Source: the human T2T-CHM13v2.0 reference genome, Homo sapiens. From it: 64,000 nucleotides of DNA. Every line of letters starts with the position of its first letter. The first letter of the stretch is position 1. The translations under genes and the position numbers were made by a program. The notes below the pieces were generated by a model that worked only from the letters and a program-made list of their open reading frames with translations, was not told the DNA's origin and made no database searches. Location of the stretch: NCBI RefSeq assembly GCF_009914755.1, contig NC_060926.1. The stretch is one strand, 5' to 3'. Below, piece by piece: positions 27,763-38,507 of the stretch.

Positions 27763-27852
27763 CTTTAGGAGGTGGAGCTTCTGGCTTTTTGGCAGGAGGC
27801 ACCGGTACTTTCTTTTCTGGGACCACTTCCTTCGGTGGCAGCACTTCAGGCA
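27763..27852 (-). CDS. TTN: Exon 174 VPEVLPPKEVVPEKKVPVPPAKKPEAPPPK
   Basis: 90 nt, AG/GT, block C. Confidence 0.93.
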
Positions 27853-28062
27853 CTTCAAAGATATTTGTAATTTGTGTTTAGAAAAGGTGAAAATGATGGA
27901 TGCCTTTTGCATATAAACACCCACCAAGATATTTTGGATAGCGATTGACATTTGTTTTCTTTAGAATTATATCATCTTTATGTAGTAGGATTTTTAACAT
28001 GTAATTTCCTAGTTAAAATAACAGTTATTTTTCTCCTATAGTTTGTATAGCTTTGGCATTAC

Positions 28063-28146
28063 CTTCAGGGGGAGGACTTTCCGGTTTGGGAGGAATAGCT
28101 TCAGGCAACTTCTTTTCTGGGACAGCTGCCTTTGGCACCTCTGGGA
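28063..28146 (-). CDS. TTN: Exon 173 VPEVPKAAVPEKKLPEAIPPKPESPPPE
   Basis: 84 nt, AG/GT, block C. Confidence 0.93.
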
Positions 28147-28229
28147 CTTTAAAGATATTAGTATTTTCATTATTAGACAAAGTAAAGACAAACAAACAAT
28201 ATCAAACACAGCAACAAGAGGGTGTCTAC

Positions 28230-28313
28230 CTTTTGTGGGTGGCACTTCAGGCTTTTTAGGAGGAGGCACTGGCACTTTCTTTTCAGGAACAACTTCTTTG
28301 GGAGCCTCAGGCA
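28230..28313 (-). CDS. TTN: Exon 172 VPEAPKEVVPEKKVPVPPPKKPEVPPTK
   Basis: 84 nt, AG/GT, block C. Confidence 0.93.
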
Positions 28314-28423
28314 CTTGAAAGATATTAGTGAAATTACATTTAGGCATTATGAAGACCACTAGAAAAATATTTTCCAGAGCAGAAGAGATACATCATCTGA
28401 AGCCTAAAATCAGTGACAAATAC

Positions 28424-28507
28424 CTTTAACAGGTGGGACTTCAGGCTCTTTAGGAGGAGCCACTGGCGCTTTCTTTTCAGGAACTACTTCTTTGGGAGGC
28501 TCTGGTA
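28424..28507 (-). CDS. TTN: Exon 171 VPEPPKEVVPEKKAPVAPPKEPEVPPVK
   Basis: 84 nt, AG/GT. Confidence 0.93.
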
Positions 28508-28615
28508 CTTAAAAGATATTAGCAAAATTACATTCAGAAGTTATGAAGACCACTGGAAAAAATATCTTCAAGAGCAAAAGAATGAGATCTGAAGCCTAAG
28601 GTCAGTGGCAACTAC

Positions 28616-28699
28616 CTTTAACAGGTGGGACTTCAGGCTCTTTAGGAGGAGCCAAGGGCACTTTCTCTTCGCGGATAACCTCTTTGGAAGCTTCTGGCA
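28616..28699 (-). CDS. TTN: Exon 170 VPEASKEVIREEKVPLAPPKEPEVPPVK
   Basis: 84 nt, AG/GT. Confidence 0.93.
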
Positions 28700-28811
28700 C
28701 TTGAAAGATATTAGTGAAATTACATTTAGGTGTTATGAAGACCGCTAGAAAAAAATATTGTCAAGAGCAGAAGAATTAGGTCTTCTGAAGCCTAAAGTCA
28801 GTGACAAATAC

Positions 28812-28895
28812 CTTTAACAGGTGGGACTTCAGGCTTTTTAGGAGGCACCACCGACACTTTCTTTTCAGGGATAATCTCTTTGGGAGCTTCGTGCA
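28812..28895 (-). CDS. TTN: Exon 169 VHEAPKEIIPEKKVSVVPPKKPEVPPVK
   Basis: 84 nt, AG/GT. Confidence 0.93.
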
Positions 28896-29018
28896 CTTGA
28901 AAGATATTAGTATTTTTACACTCAGAAAATACAGAGATTACTAGATAGATACAAAGACATTTTCAAGAACAAAAGAGCTATTTTTTTCTCCTGAGCTGAG
29001 ATCAGTGGTAACAAGTTC

Positions 29019-29102
29019 CCATAATAGGTGGTGTTTCAGGTTTTAGAGGAGGAACTTCCGGTATTTTCTTTTTGGTAGCCATTTCTTTGGGAGCTTCAGG
29101 CA
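29019..29102 (-). pseudogene. PEVK pseudoexon (V)PEAPKEMATKKKIPEVPPLKPETPPIM with both splice sites dead
   Basis: 84 nt open frame; acceptor atcttcaaAC, donor G|GAactt. Confidence 0.85.
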
Positions 29103-29256
29103 GTTTGAAGATATTAATACATTTACACTTGAGTTGCAAGAGTCAACACAGACATGATTCACATGTACACATCAAAATAATTTTCAAAACTAGAAAGGTG
29201 GTCCTTTCTATCGCCCCACCCACTATCCCACCATAAAAAGACAGTTAAGAATGTAC

Positions 29257-29334
29257 CTTTGACAGGTACAACTTCAGCCCTTTGGGGAGGATGCACTTTC
29301 TTTTCCGGGACAACTTCTCTGAGAGCCTCCGGCA
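29257..29334 (-). CDS. TTN: Exon 168 VPEALREVVPEKKVHPPQRAEVVPVK
   Basis: 78 nt, AG/GT. Confidence 0.92.
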
Positions 29335-29450
29335 CTTTGAAGATATTAATAATTTTACATTTAGAAGTTACAAGAATCAACACAATCAGGAAAAACATTT
29401 ATACAAGAAAAGACATGTTCCCACCCCTCTAAGCTTCCAGCAAGATATAC

Positions 29451-29534
29451 CTTCATCAGGAAGGACTTCAGGCTTTCTGAGAGGAACCACAAGCGTTTTC
29501 TTTTCAGGGACAATTTCTTGGAGAGCTTCAGGCA
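29451..29534 (-). CDS. TTN: Exon 167 VPEALQEIVPEKKTLVVPLRKPEVLPDE
   Basis: 84 nt, AG/GT. Confidence 0.92.
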
Positions 29535-29648
29535 CTTTAAGAAATTAGTAGTTTTATGTTTAGTGTTATGCAGATAACTAGGAATAGCAAAAATATTCTC
29601 AAAACTACAAGAGCTAGTTCTTGACCCTGAGAGCATGGTGACTTGTAC

Positions 29649-29723
29649 CTTTAACTGATGGGGGTTCTCTTTTTTTGGAAGGAACTGTCTTGGCAGGAAT
29701 AATTTCTTGAGGAGCTTCGGGCG
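29649..29723 (-). CDS. TTN: Exon 166 (A/T)PEAPQEIIPAKTVPSKKREPPSVK
   Basis: 75 nt, AG/GT. Confidence 0.92.
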
Positions 29724-29970
29724 CTTGAAAGATATTAGCAATTCACATTTAAGAGTTAAAATGATTAATGGAAAACAGTAACCACAATAAGTTAGGAAAT
29801 ATAACCACATTTTCTTCTCTTTCCTCCATCCTCCCTTTGTTCCACCAATAGGCTAAGTCTTTTAAGGGGTTAGTGGATCCTTGAGAGGAGGTGCTCCCCC
29901 TCCTCCAGAACCTCACAGAGCTCTCGCGACACTCTACACTCTCATTATAAAGGATTTGTTGAATGAATAC

Positions 29971-30054
29971 TTCCAGCAGGAGTGTTTTCTGTTTTGGCAG
30001 AAACAGCCATAAATAATTTCTTTTTAGAGGAAACTTCCTGTGGAACCTCAGACA
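29971..30054 (-). other. Extra PEVK-like candidate exon VSEVPQEVSSKKKLFMAVSAKTENTPAG, outside the 114-exon count
   Basis: 84 nt open frame, full tactaatatcttttaag acceptor, weak donor GAA|gtattc. Confidence 0.7.
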
Positions 30055-30173
30055 CTTAAAAGATATTAGTATGTTTATATTTAGAATTTATGAAGAGTAT
30101 TAGGAAGAAACCATAGTTTTAAGAGCAGAGGACAGATAATTTCTTCTTCCACATTTGTTCAGAGGTAACGTAC

Positions 30174-30257
30174 TTTTCATACGTGGAGTTTCTGGCTCTT
30201 CAGGTACATCCTCAAATATTTTCATTTCAGGGACAACTTCTTTCATAGCTTCTGGTG
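30174..30257 (-). CDS. TTN: Exon 165 APEAMKEVVPEMKIFEDVPEEPETPRMK
   Basis: 84 nt, AG, donor AAA|gtacgt. Confidence 0.9.
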
Positions 30258-30504
30258 CTTTGAAGATATTAGTATTATGGTTAGAGGTTAAAAGGATCAG
30301 TGGAGACATTAATTAAATGAGCTGAACCAAAGTGATATTTATGGCTAAAAAGATGATTCCTTTAAAGAATCTGAGGAGGTATACAATCTTGAGGAGAGGA
30401 ACCACATATTAATTGTCTTTGTTTATTATTCTCCAGTTCCCTAGCACCCTGTACATGCTAAGCACTCTAATAAATGAAGGAAGGAATGGCAGGATGAACG
30501 ATAC

Positions 30505-30588
30505 CTTTAGTGGGAGGTATTTCAATTTCAAGGGGAGCAGCCATGGGTGTTTCCTTTACAGGGACAATTTCTCGAGGTGATTCAGGCA
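30505..30588 (-). CDS. TTN: Exon 164 VPESPREIVPVKETPMAAPLEIEIPPTK
   Basis: 84 nt, AG/GT. Confidence 0.9.
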
Positions 30589-30682
30589 CTTTAAAGATAT
30601 GAATGCATTGTACTTTGGAGTTATGAAGAGGAGTAAAGAGTTCCCATCTTAACTGCACATACAGAACATTCCAGATGGGAAC

Positions 30683-30772
30683 CTTCTCCCACTCCCCGCC
30701 CCCAGAATCGGATCTTTTGTAGCAGTGTGAGTATTTGGTTATAAGCGGCTGTTTTCTTGGTCACCTCAGGCA
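30683..30772 (-). pseudogene. Degenerate PEVK pseudoexon starting VPEVTKKTAA
   Basis: tactaatactgatag|TG CCT GAG GTG; no good donor, only GAAG|gttccc. Confidence 0.65.
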
Positions 30773-30866
30773 CTATCAGTATTAGTAATTTTATTTCTTG
30801 GAATGGTAGATGCATAGAAAACTAGATCATGGAAAGTGGAAACATTGATTATAATTAATGCTATAC

Positions 30867-30951
30867 CTCTAGCTATTATGTTGAGAAAAACAAATTACAG
30901 CCACTTCGAAAAATCTAGGTCGGCATTTTTTTGTATTCACACCTCAGGCAC
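30867..30951 (-). pseudogene. Degenerate PEVK pseudoexon VPEV-stop
   Basis: 85 nt, ctttttaag|GTGCCTGAGGTGTGA...GCTAGAG|gtatag. Confidence 0.65.
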
Positions 30952-31474
30952 CTTAAAAAGGTGAGTGTTTTTCAAGTTTAGGAGAGAGGAGAACAACCAA
31001 AAGATTCCAGACTGAGAAAAAATATCAAAATATTCAGATATTCTTCAAATTACAGAATACCATGGGTGTTATGATGAAATTATTGTTCTGGAGGTTTTAA
31101 AGCTTTTTCATGTTTTGACTTATCTAAAGATATTCAAAATGAAAAAAAATGATGCTTGAAAAATAAAAGATAGGCTATGAGAGGAGCAAATGAACATGGA
31201 GGGGAGATTTCCAGCTTTAACTGGAATTATTTTTCCCTAGGTTGGAGGATATTCTGGGAGGGTCTCAGGTGCTCTAATCTTGTAGAGATATTACAGATCA
31301 GCTTCACACTGAATTAATATTTTCTTTAAGACATGTTTTGATCATAATATGTGTATATATATTTTCTTTGGAGTCCTCATAAAAATACACTGACTCAACT
31401 ATCTTTCATGTGTATAAGCTAAAGGTATTTTTTCCCTCTGTTGTCTCTTGAGTGACTCACTGGGACATGAATAC

Positions 31475-31537
31475 ATTTGGTTGAGCTTCTACTTGGGGGA
31501 TCCATCTCTGAAATGATTTCCACTGTAGCCACTTTGG
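31475..31537 (-). other. Extra candidate exon AKVATVEIISEMDPPSRSSTK, outside the 114-exon count
   Basis: 63 nt open frame, full tactaatatcttttaag acceptor, weak donor AAT|gtattc. Confidence 0.6.
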
Positions 31538-31620
31538 CTTAAAAGATATTAGTATTTTTACATGTGTTAAGTACAACTGCAAACATGAGATTAAAAAGGT
31601 GACTTTCTTCCAACTTGTAC

Positions 31621-31698
31621 CTGTTGGTGATGGTGTTTTTCTTCTTTTAACAATAGGAGTTTCTCCCTCTGGAATGACTTCCTTGAAGACTTCAAACT
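31621..31698 (-). CDS. TTN: Exon 163 EFEVFKEVIPEGETPIVKRRKTPSPT
   Basis: 78 nt, AG/GT. Confidence 0.9.
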
Positions 31699-31844
31699 CT
31701 TTAAAGATATTAGTATTTTTTTTAATTGAGAAAAGGCAAAGGCATAAAGACATGACATACTAAGAAAGTTAGATATGTTAATATCATTTCAGATATCTTT
31801 ATGTTAGAAATGTTATTTTTGTTCTAATATTTTATCTTTGTATA

Positions 31845-31914
31845 TTATATGTGTGGGACTTGACTTTCTTGGGGGCAAGTCATAGGTCATTCTTTGTTGT
31901 GGGTATATCAGATC
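31845..31914 (-). pseudogene. Degenerate PEVK pseudoexon GSDIPTTKNDL-stop-LAPKKVK
   Basis: tttaaag acceptor, in-frame TGA, no donor; 3' boundary approximate. Confidence 0.5.
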
Positions 31915-32032
31915 CTTTAAACACAGTATTTTAACATTAGAGGTTGTGAGAATGTATATTAAACATTAAATATTTTGCAGACTGAAGACAGTATATTTTC
32001 TTCTTTAGATTTTCCTAACTAGAGAATTATAC

Positions 32033-32116
32033 CTTCAGTTGGAGGATGTTCTGGAATTTCAGGAATAGCCTCAGGTGGCTCCACCTCTGGAAAAATGCCT
32101 CTGGTTGTATCAGGTT
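32033..32116 (-). CDS. TTN: Exon 162 EPDTTRGIFPEVEPPEAIPEIPEHPPTE
   Basis: 84 nt, AG/GT. Confidence 0.9.
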
Positions 32117-32238
32117 CTTTAAAGATATTAGTAGGTTTACATTTAAAAGTTGTAAAAACAGTAAATTATAAAAAGCATGCAATGTTTGAGTCATAAAGCT
32201 AAAGATACTCATCTGGGTTTGATGTATTTGAAATATAC

Positions 32239-32322
32239 CTTTAGTTGCTGGTGTTTCTCTCTTTTTAGGAATAGTCACATATATTTTGTCTTCTGGAACA
32301 ACTTTCTTGGGTGGCTCAGGCA
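32239..32322 (-). CDS. TTN: Exon 161 VPEPPKKVVPEDKIYVTIPKKRETPATK
   Basis: 84 nt, AG/GT. Confidence 0.92.
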
Positions 32323-32434
32323 CTTAAAAGATATGAGTATAGTTATATTTATAAATGGTGAAGAAAAATATTGAGCTTTTTAAAAGGGGCCAAAAAATAA
32401 TTTTTCTTCAGAGTGGATCATTGGTGTTATATAC

Positions 32435-32518
32435 CTTTTGCTAGTTTGGGTTTTGTCTTTTGAGGTTGAGTCACAAGTACTTTTTCTTCTAGGACTGCTT
32501 CTTCAGATGCTTCATAAA
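32435..32518 (-). CDS. TTN: Exon 160 (V/I)YEASEEAVLEEKVLVTQPQKTKPKLAK
   Basis: 84 nt, AG/GT. Confidence 0.9.
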
Positions 32519-33154
32519 CTTTAAAGATATTAGTATTTAAATAATTAGGATGTTTCAAGGTGGATAAAGAAGTGTATTAAGAAAAATATAATATATAATA
32601 CCACATTCATCACCAAAATTAATAGTAGCACATAGAGGCAAATTAGTGGCTAGAATGCATTGGCTGGGGATAGCCTCACTCCCAGTTTCATGATGTAAGA
32701 CTCTAAGCATTTCTCTATGATGATGATAATAAAATGGAGGAATTGTTCAGGCAAGGACTATATAATTCTTCATTTTGCCTTAAGAAAGTTATTGGTAAAA
32801 TTGTCCTATTGGTCTTATTTTTAATGGATTTGTCTATAAAGAACAGGGAAGATGCTGAATTGCACATTGAGAATTCTCCGATATTTGACCTACTAGAAAT
32901 TCATGTAAGTCTTTTCCCTTTCTAGAAGCCTCATTATCTATATTTTCAAATCACATCTAATATATGGTTTCACAGTTTAATATGAATGTAAAAGCCATTT
33001 AGGGTTTGGAGGCAGAAAATTAAAAAAATTAAATACTTAGAAAATAAGGCAAATAAAGACAACAAAAATTTCTCCAGCCTTTAGAAAGAAAAACTGTCTG
33101 AAAACAATAACTAAAGTCAAGAATAGAAAGGATATTCAAAGGAGGAAGTGATTA

Positions 33155-33614
<460 letters not shown>

Positions 33615-34169
33615 TTACTATTTGGATTATTTCATAATTCAAATTATTTAAACCTAATTTTGTATGAAACCCCCCCCCAAAAAAAAAGGTCGTGAGAATT
33701 CTTTTGAGGTTTGAGTGGCCTTGTAAACCTAGGGTCCTTTGAGCAGTTTTGCCAAAATGTTTCCAATTATGGTTATCAAGAGTAAAAAAAAAAATAATGG
33801 TGAAACATTTTGATTTTATAAAATCCAATTAAAATATTATGGAGTTAAGTTACTTCATGATCTGAGAAAATAAATTGCTTCAAAGCAAAAGACACTTGTA
33901 TACAGAATAGGTTAGGAAAATTTAACAAGACAACTGACTTTTCTGAAATCATACACTCTGATAAGTAGAGTATTTCTTTTTTAAATTGGTGAGGAAATAT
34001 AACTTGTCTGAGGATAATAGACACTAAGATTATTTGAGTCATATATTTGTGGCATGTTAGGCTTTTATAAGAGTTTAGTATATTTACTTTTCAAAGCTAA
34101 AAAGACAAACATAGTGAATTTAAGGACATAAATGAAACGAAAAAGAACCACTAATTTTTCTACACTCAC

Positions 34170-34244
34170 TGTACATCTCTGTGTCTTCAGAAATAACAAT
34201 AGGTGATTTTTCTTCTTGAACACTTTTCTTAGGCATCCCAGGAA
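34170..34244 (-). CDS. TTN: Exon 159 VPGMPKKSVQEEKSPIVISEDTEMY
   Basis: 75 nt, AG, donor ACA|gtgagt. Confidence 0.9.
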
Positions 34245-34388
34245 CTTTAAAGATATTAGTATATTAATTGTTACAGATAACAAATATAAGATACGAAATA
34301 CAAGGATTTAATGTCACACACATTCACTTTAAACCATGAAAAACTAAACCAAGAATTATTTCATGTTCTGATTAGCATCACTGTATAC

Positions 34389-34472
34389 CTTTAGCTGGTG
34401 GAACTTCAGGCTTTTTCAGAACAGCTTCACGAACTTTTTCTTCTGGGACAATTTTCTTGGGTACTTCGGGTG
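34389..34472 (-). CDS. TTN: Exon 158 APEVPKKIVPEEKVREAVLKKPEVPPAK
   Basis: 84 nt, AG/GT. Confidence 0.93.
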
Positions 34473-35014
34473 CTTTAAAGATATTTATTTATCTTATTTT
34501 TTCAGAACATTATAGTTGGGTGTAAACATAGCAAGCCTAGAAGGGGCATCTAACAAGATGAACGCCAAAAACCCCTCAATTATAAGTCAACTATAAGTCA
34601 AATGTAGTCATTGCATTTCTCTGAATTGCTTTGTCGATGAGTTCTTGATTCATTATATCAGAAACACTTTGCTCTTTGGAGATAGTATCATTTTCTATTG
34701 CCATTTAGAGCACACTTTTTTTTTTCCAGAGCTACTTCAGAAGAGCTTCCAAAATGAATTATTTTTGAAAGAGAAGTTGAGGGATCAATATTATTTAGTT
34801 ATTAAATAAGAGGATCAATACAAATGATAACTTTGGGCTTATGTCTTTACGCCTAAAACATTGCCTCAAAAGGCAGGATTATGTTATAGAACATAAATTG
34901 AAGTTTATGTCATTCATAGCCATCTTGTGGCATTGAGAAGAGAAAGGTCTCTCTTACATAGTAAGTGAATAAAAAAGGATTTTATATTAATGATGAATGA
35001 GAAAAGCCAGTTAC

Positions 35015-35092
35015 CTTTAGTTGGTGGAACTCTGGGCTCTTCAGGAACACGTACTTTTTCTTCTACCACAATTTTCTTAGGCACCTCCGGTA
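35015..35092 (-). CDS. TTN: Exon 157 VPEVPKKIVVEEKVRVPEEPRVPPTK
   Basis: 78 nt, AG/GT. Confidence 0.94.
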
Positions 35093-35333
35093 CTTTAAAG
35101 ATAATAGTAATAATTTCTTTTATTTTTAAATATACAATTTTTTAACAAGCAGAGCATGAGAGATATAAACACAGAACAGAACACAGCAACAATATAAAAT
35201 GCAGACAACACTTTATCAAATACATTACAGTATTTCAAATGCATTGAATTTAAAAAATATATAATAACAAAAATCCAGGGAAATTTCCCATGTTAGAATG
35301 GTAAGAACTTGAGAAGAAAAATTAACAGTACAC

Positions 35334-35417
35334 CTTCAGCTGGTGCTATTACTGTTTGTTTTTGTGGAAGAGTTGCTACCTTCTCTTCAGTGATAACTTA
35401 CGCACATGCTTCAGAGA
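35334..35417 (-). pseudogene. PEVK pseudoexon with in-frame TAA: VSEACA-stop-VITEEKVATLPQKQTVIAPAE
   Basis: 84 nt, ttctttaaag acceptor and GAAG|gtgtac donor intact; TAA at 35400-35398. Confidence 0.85.
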
Positions 35418-35658
35418 CTTTAAAGAAATAAGTTTATATTATTTATTAGATACTGTTTTTATTTCTATTGTGAAATTTAAGAGATTTGCAAAAATGAACA
35501 AAGCAAGAACATTAAACACATATTCACTATGTATTTATATTTGCCAGGTTAATATAATTAATAATAAATAGAAAAACATGTGTTTATCAGTAAGCATGTT
35601 AGTGAATATATAACCAAATAGCACCAAAGGAGGAAATTTGGGCTCACTATTTGGTTAC

Positions 35659-35740
35659 TAGAGATATTTGCTTTGGTTGTTTTAGGTATAACAACAGTGA
35701 CTGTCTTTTTTTGGTAGAACTTCCCTTGGACCCTCAGCTG
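35659..35740 (-). pseudogene. Frameshifted PEVK pseudoexon AAEGPREVLPK...VTVVIPKTTK
   Basis: 82 nt, full actaatatctttaaag acceptor, extra A in an A7 run. Confidence 0.75.
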
Positions 35741-35886
35741 CTTTAAAGATATTAGTTTGTTTTAGACATGTCAGAAACAAGAAATACAGAAGAAAGACAT
35801 CAAGTGGAATGCAAACTTGTGCTTATAAAGCAACCAAGGTGCTATTGTATGTAAAGTTAAGTAGTAATTTTTCACAAAGAAGATAC

Positions 35887-35967
35887 CTTTAGCTGGTGGC
35901 TCTTTTCGAGGAACAACTTTAGTGGGCGGTTTTTTTGGAGGGATGATTTTCTCAGATATCTCAGGCC
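35887..35967 (-). CDS. TTN: Exon 156 GPEISEKIIPPKKPPTKVVPRKEPPAK
   Basis: 81 nt, AG/GT. Confidence 0.94.
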
Positions 35968-36767
35968 CTTCAAAGATATTAGTATTTTGGTTTAGAATGA
36001 ACTCTTGAAGTATTTTGGAGCACTACTACTAACGTTAGTACAATGAGGGGTCACAAAATTCTTTATCTATATTTTTTTAATTTATAACACACTTATTTCC
36101 AAAAGAGATTTGATTTGCTAAATATCATGTATATTGTAATTTGCTATATATGCTAAACACACACACACACACATTCCTTCATATTACACATATATTGTTA
36201 ATTTGTGCAAGATCTAGAGTGGTATTGCAGATAACTTATTTGTGCTATGGCTTGTCTTCACAGTATGCTAGAATACAGGTGCCATTAACAATACTTCACT
36301 TCCTTAATGTTGTTTCTCTAATGAAAGTATCATAAACTGGCAAAAGCTTTTGGTAAGTATTTCTCAGTTTGTGAACAGTTGACTAAAATGTTAAAGCAGT
36401 GATTATTTTGCCTGAACATGTAAATTCCTCAGTGAACTGAGGAGTTTCTTTTTCACTTAACCAATGACACTGGTCAGTTATTTTGGTACCTGTAACAATT
36501 GTGTAACATTCTTAGTCAGATTTAAAAAATAATCCCCAAATTCATACAGTGACCTCCTTAGATAAGTAGATATCAAATATTACTATCATCTACTAAAATT
36601 ATACTCCGTGTGGTTAAGAGATATTAATCTTTGTGTCAACTAGTTTAAACTCATGTTTAAAGTATTTCATGGGGTTTCTAATCTTCCAAACTGAACACAA
36701 AATTTACTTTCAAAGGAAAGTTAGAGCAAGATATAAGAATTTGTAGTATTTGAAGAATTCCCTATAC

Positions 36768-37064
36768 CTTTAGGTGGAGCTTTTGGTTTTTCAAATACTT
36801 CCACTTCTTCAGCCTCAAAAACTTCTATTACCCTATGAACTTTTTCAACTCTGTGTTCTTCTTCAACTCTATGTTGTTCTAATTTGATGAATTCTTCTAC
36901 TTCATGAAACTCGCCTTCTTCAAAATATTCTTCAACTTCATGGAACTCTTCTTCTTCCGGAATTTCTTCCACTTCTGCTTCTACTACTTCTAATTCTAGT
37001 CTTTCTTTTACTACTACTTCTTGGCGGAAGGCAACTGATACTTTTTCTTCAAGGACAGTTCTCC
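36768..37064 (-). CDS. TTN: Exon 155, polyE-type: GRTVLEEKVSVAFRQE...EVFEKPKAPPK
   Basis: 297 nt, AG/GT. Confidence 0.94.
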
Positions 37065-37203
37065 CTGAAAGAGCATCTATTTTAAGACTTATTTTTTTAA
37101 ACACTGAAGAAATAAAGATGTACATTCAAAATATATATTTTTAAAACTGAATAAAGGATTGCATGCAACAATACACGAAAATCCAGGATCTTTCCAAAAA
37201 TAC

Positions 37204-37278
37204 CTTTAGCTGGGGGAACAGCTTCCTTTTTAGGCACAAGGACTTTCTTTTCTGGGACTTTCTTTGGTACTTCAGGCA
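37204..37278 (-). CDS. TTN: Exon 154 VPEVPKKVPEKKVLVPKKEAVPPAK
   Basis: 75 nt, AG/GT. Confidence 0.94.
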
Positions 37279-37431
37279 CTTTAAAGATACAGTTTTAATA
37301 TTTAGGACTGTCGAGAGCAAGCTTTCATAGACAAAAATCATCAAAAACAATCAAGACACAGAGACATGAAACATAAAAGTCTTAACGAAAAAAGACAGAA
37401 GAGGAAGTCAGGTTTAAAAGAGAAGATGTAC

Positions 37432-37500
37432 CTTTGGCTGGGGGTGCCTCTTTTTTCTGAACAGGAACAGGTACTTTTTCCTCAGGAATTTTCTTTGACA
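37432..37500 (-). CDS. TTN: Exon 153 VSKKIPEEKVPVPVQKKEAPPAK
   Basis: 69 nt, AG/GT. Confidence 0.94.
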
Positions 37501-38429
37501 CTTTAAAGATATTAGGTGTTTTAGTTAGCTGAGAATGTTCAATAACACACATGAAATAAAAACACCAGAGACAACGCCAACATTACAATAATTAAAGTTT
37601 TTCAGAAGTCACTCTGTACTGTGGGACATCCATTTTAGAGGCAATAAAGATACTTTCTCAAATCACTCATTTGTTCTAACATTCCTATAGAAGAAGAAAT
37701 GTCCACAAAGTACCTGTGCCATTCTTTTTTTTTTCTTTTAATAACAGGGATTACCAATATGGACTCACTTTTACTATTTTTAACTTGATGAAGACTTTTT
37801 TGAAGTGATTACCATTGTAGAGTATTTAAGCCCTGACACTGGCCTCACTTTCTGCTGTGCACTCTTCTATTAGCTGAGGAGTCTACTATGACAGGGACAG
37901 CATAATCTAACTGCTTAAGAGCACTGTCTGAAGCATTAAGTGAATTAGGAAGCAGGGAAAAGTAGACATTTTGTAATAACCTTGAATGCTTGGGCTAAAC
38001 ATTACAAAAGGGACGTGAGGCTCTTTAAAATAGTTATTATCCAAGCATTAGGTTTGTTCCATAAAATAATAAATATAGTAAAATAATTATTATAACACAG
38101 AAGAAAACTCCGTTCCACTTATGGAATAAAATCTAAAATGTGGGGAAGAGGGATCCATTGCTATGTGTATAAGTATATAGAGACATACTAATATATTAAA
38201 ATTCTCAGTTAAGAAGCTTCTAGAATAATTCATACGTAAACACATGCACACAATTATTCGTTAACATCCTAGAAAAGATTAAAGAAATGGAATGAGTTAT
38301 ATTTTTACTGGTCCTTAATCAGTTCACTATCTAAATGATTATAAGAAGGCAGTCAAAAAAGAAAATGTTGCTTTTAAGAAAGAAAATTAATGGGAAGTTA
38401 AAGATATTAATAATGAGGATTTGATATAC

Positions 38430-38507
38430 CTTTAGCTGGTGGTGCCTCCACTTTTTTAGGAACAGGAGTAGGTGCTTCAGGTACTGCTTTCTTAATCACT
38501 TCAGGCA
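38430..38507 (-). CDS. TTN: Exon 152 VPEVIKKAVPEAPTPVPKKVEAPPAK
   Basis: 78 nt, AG/GT. Confidence 0.94.
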
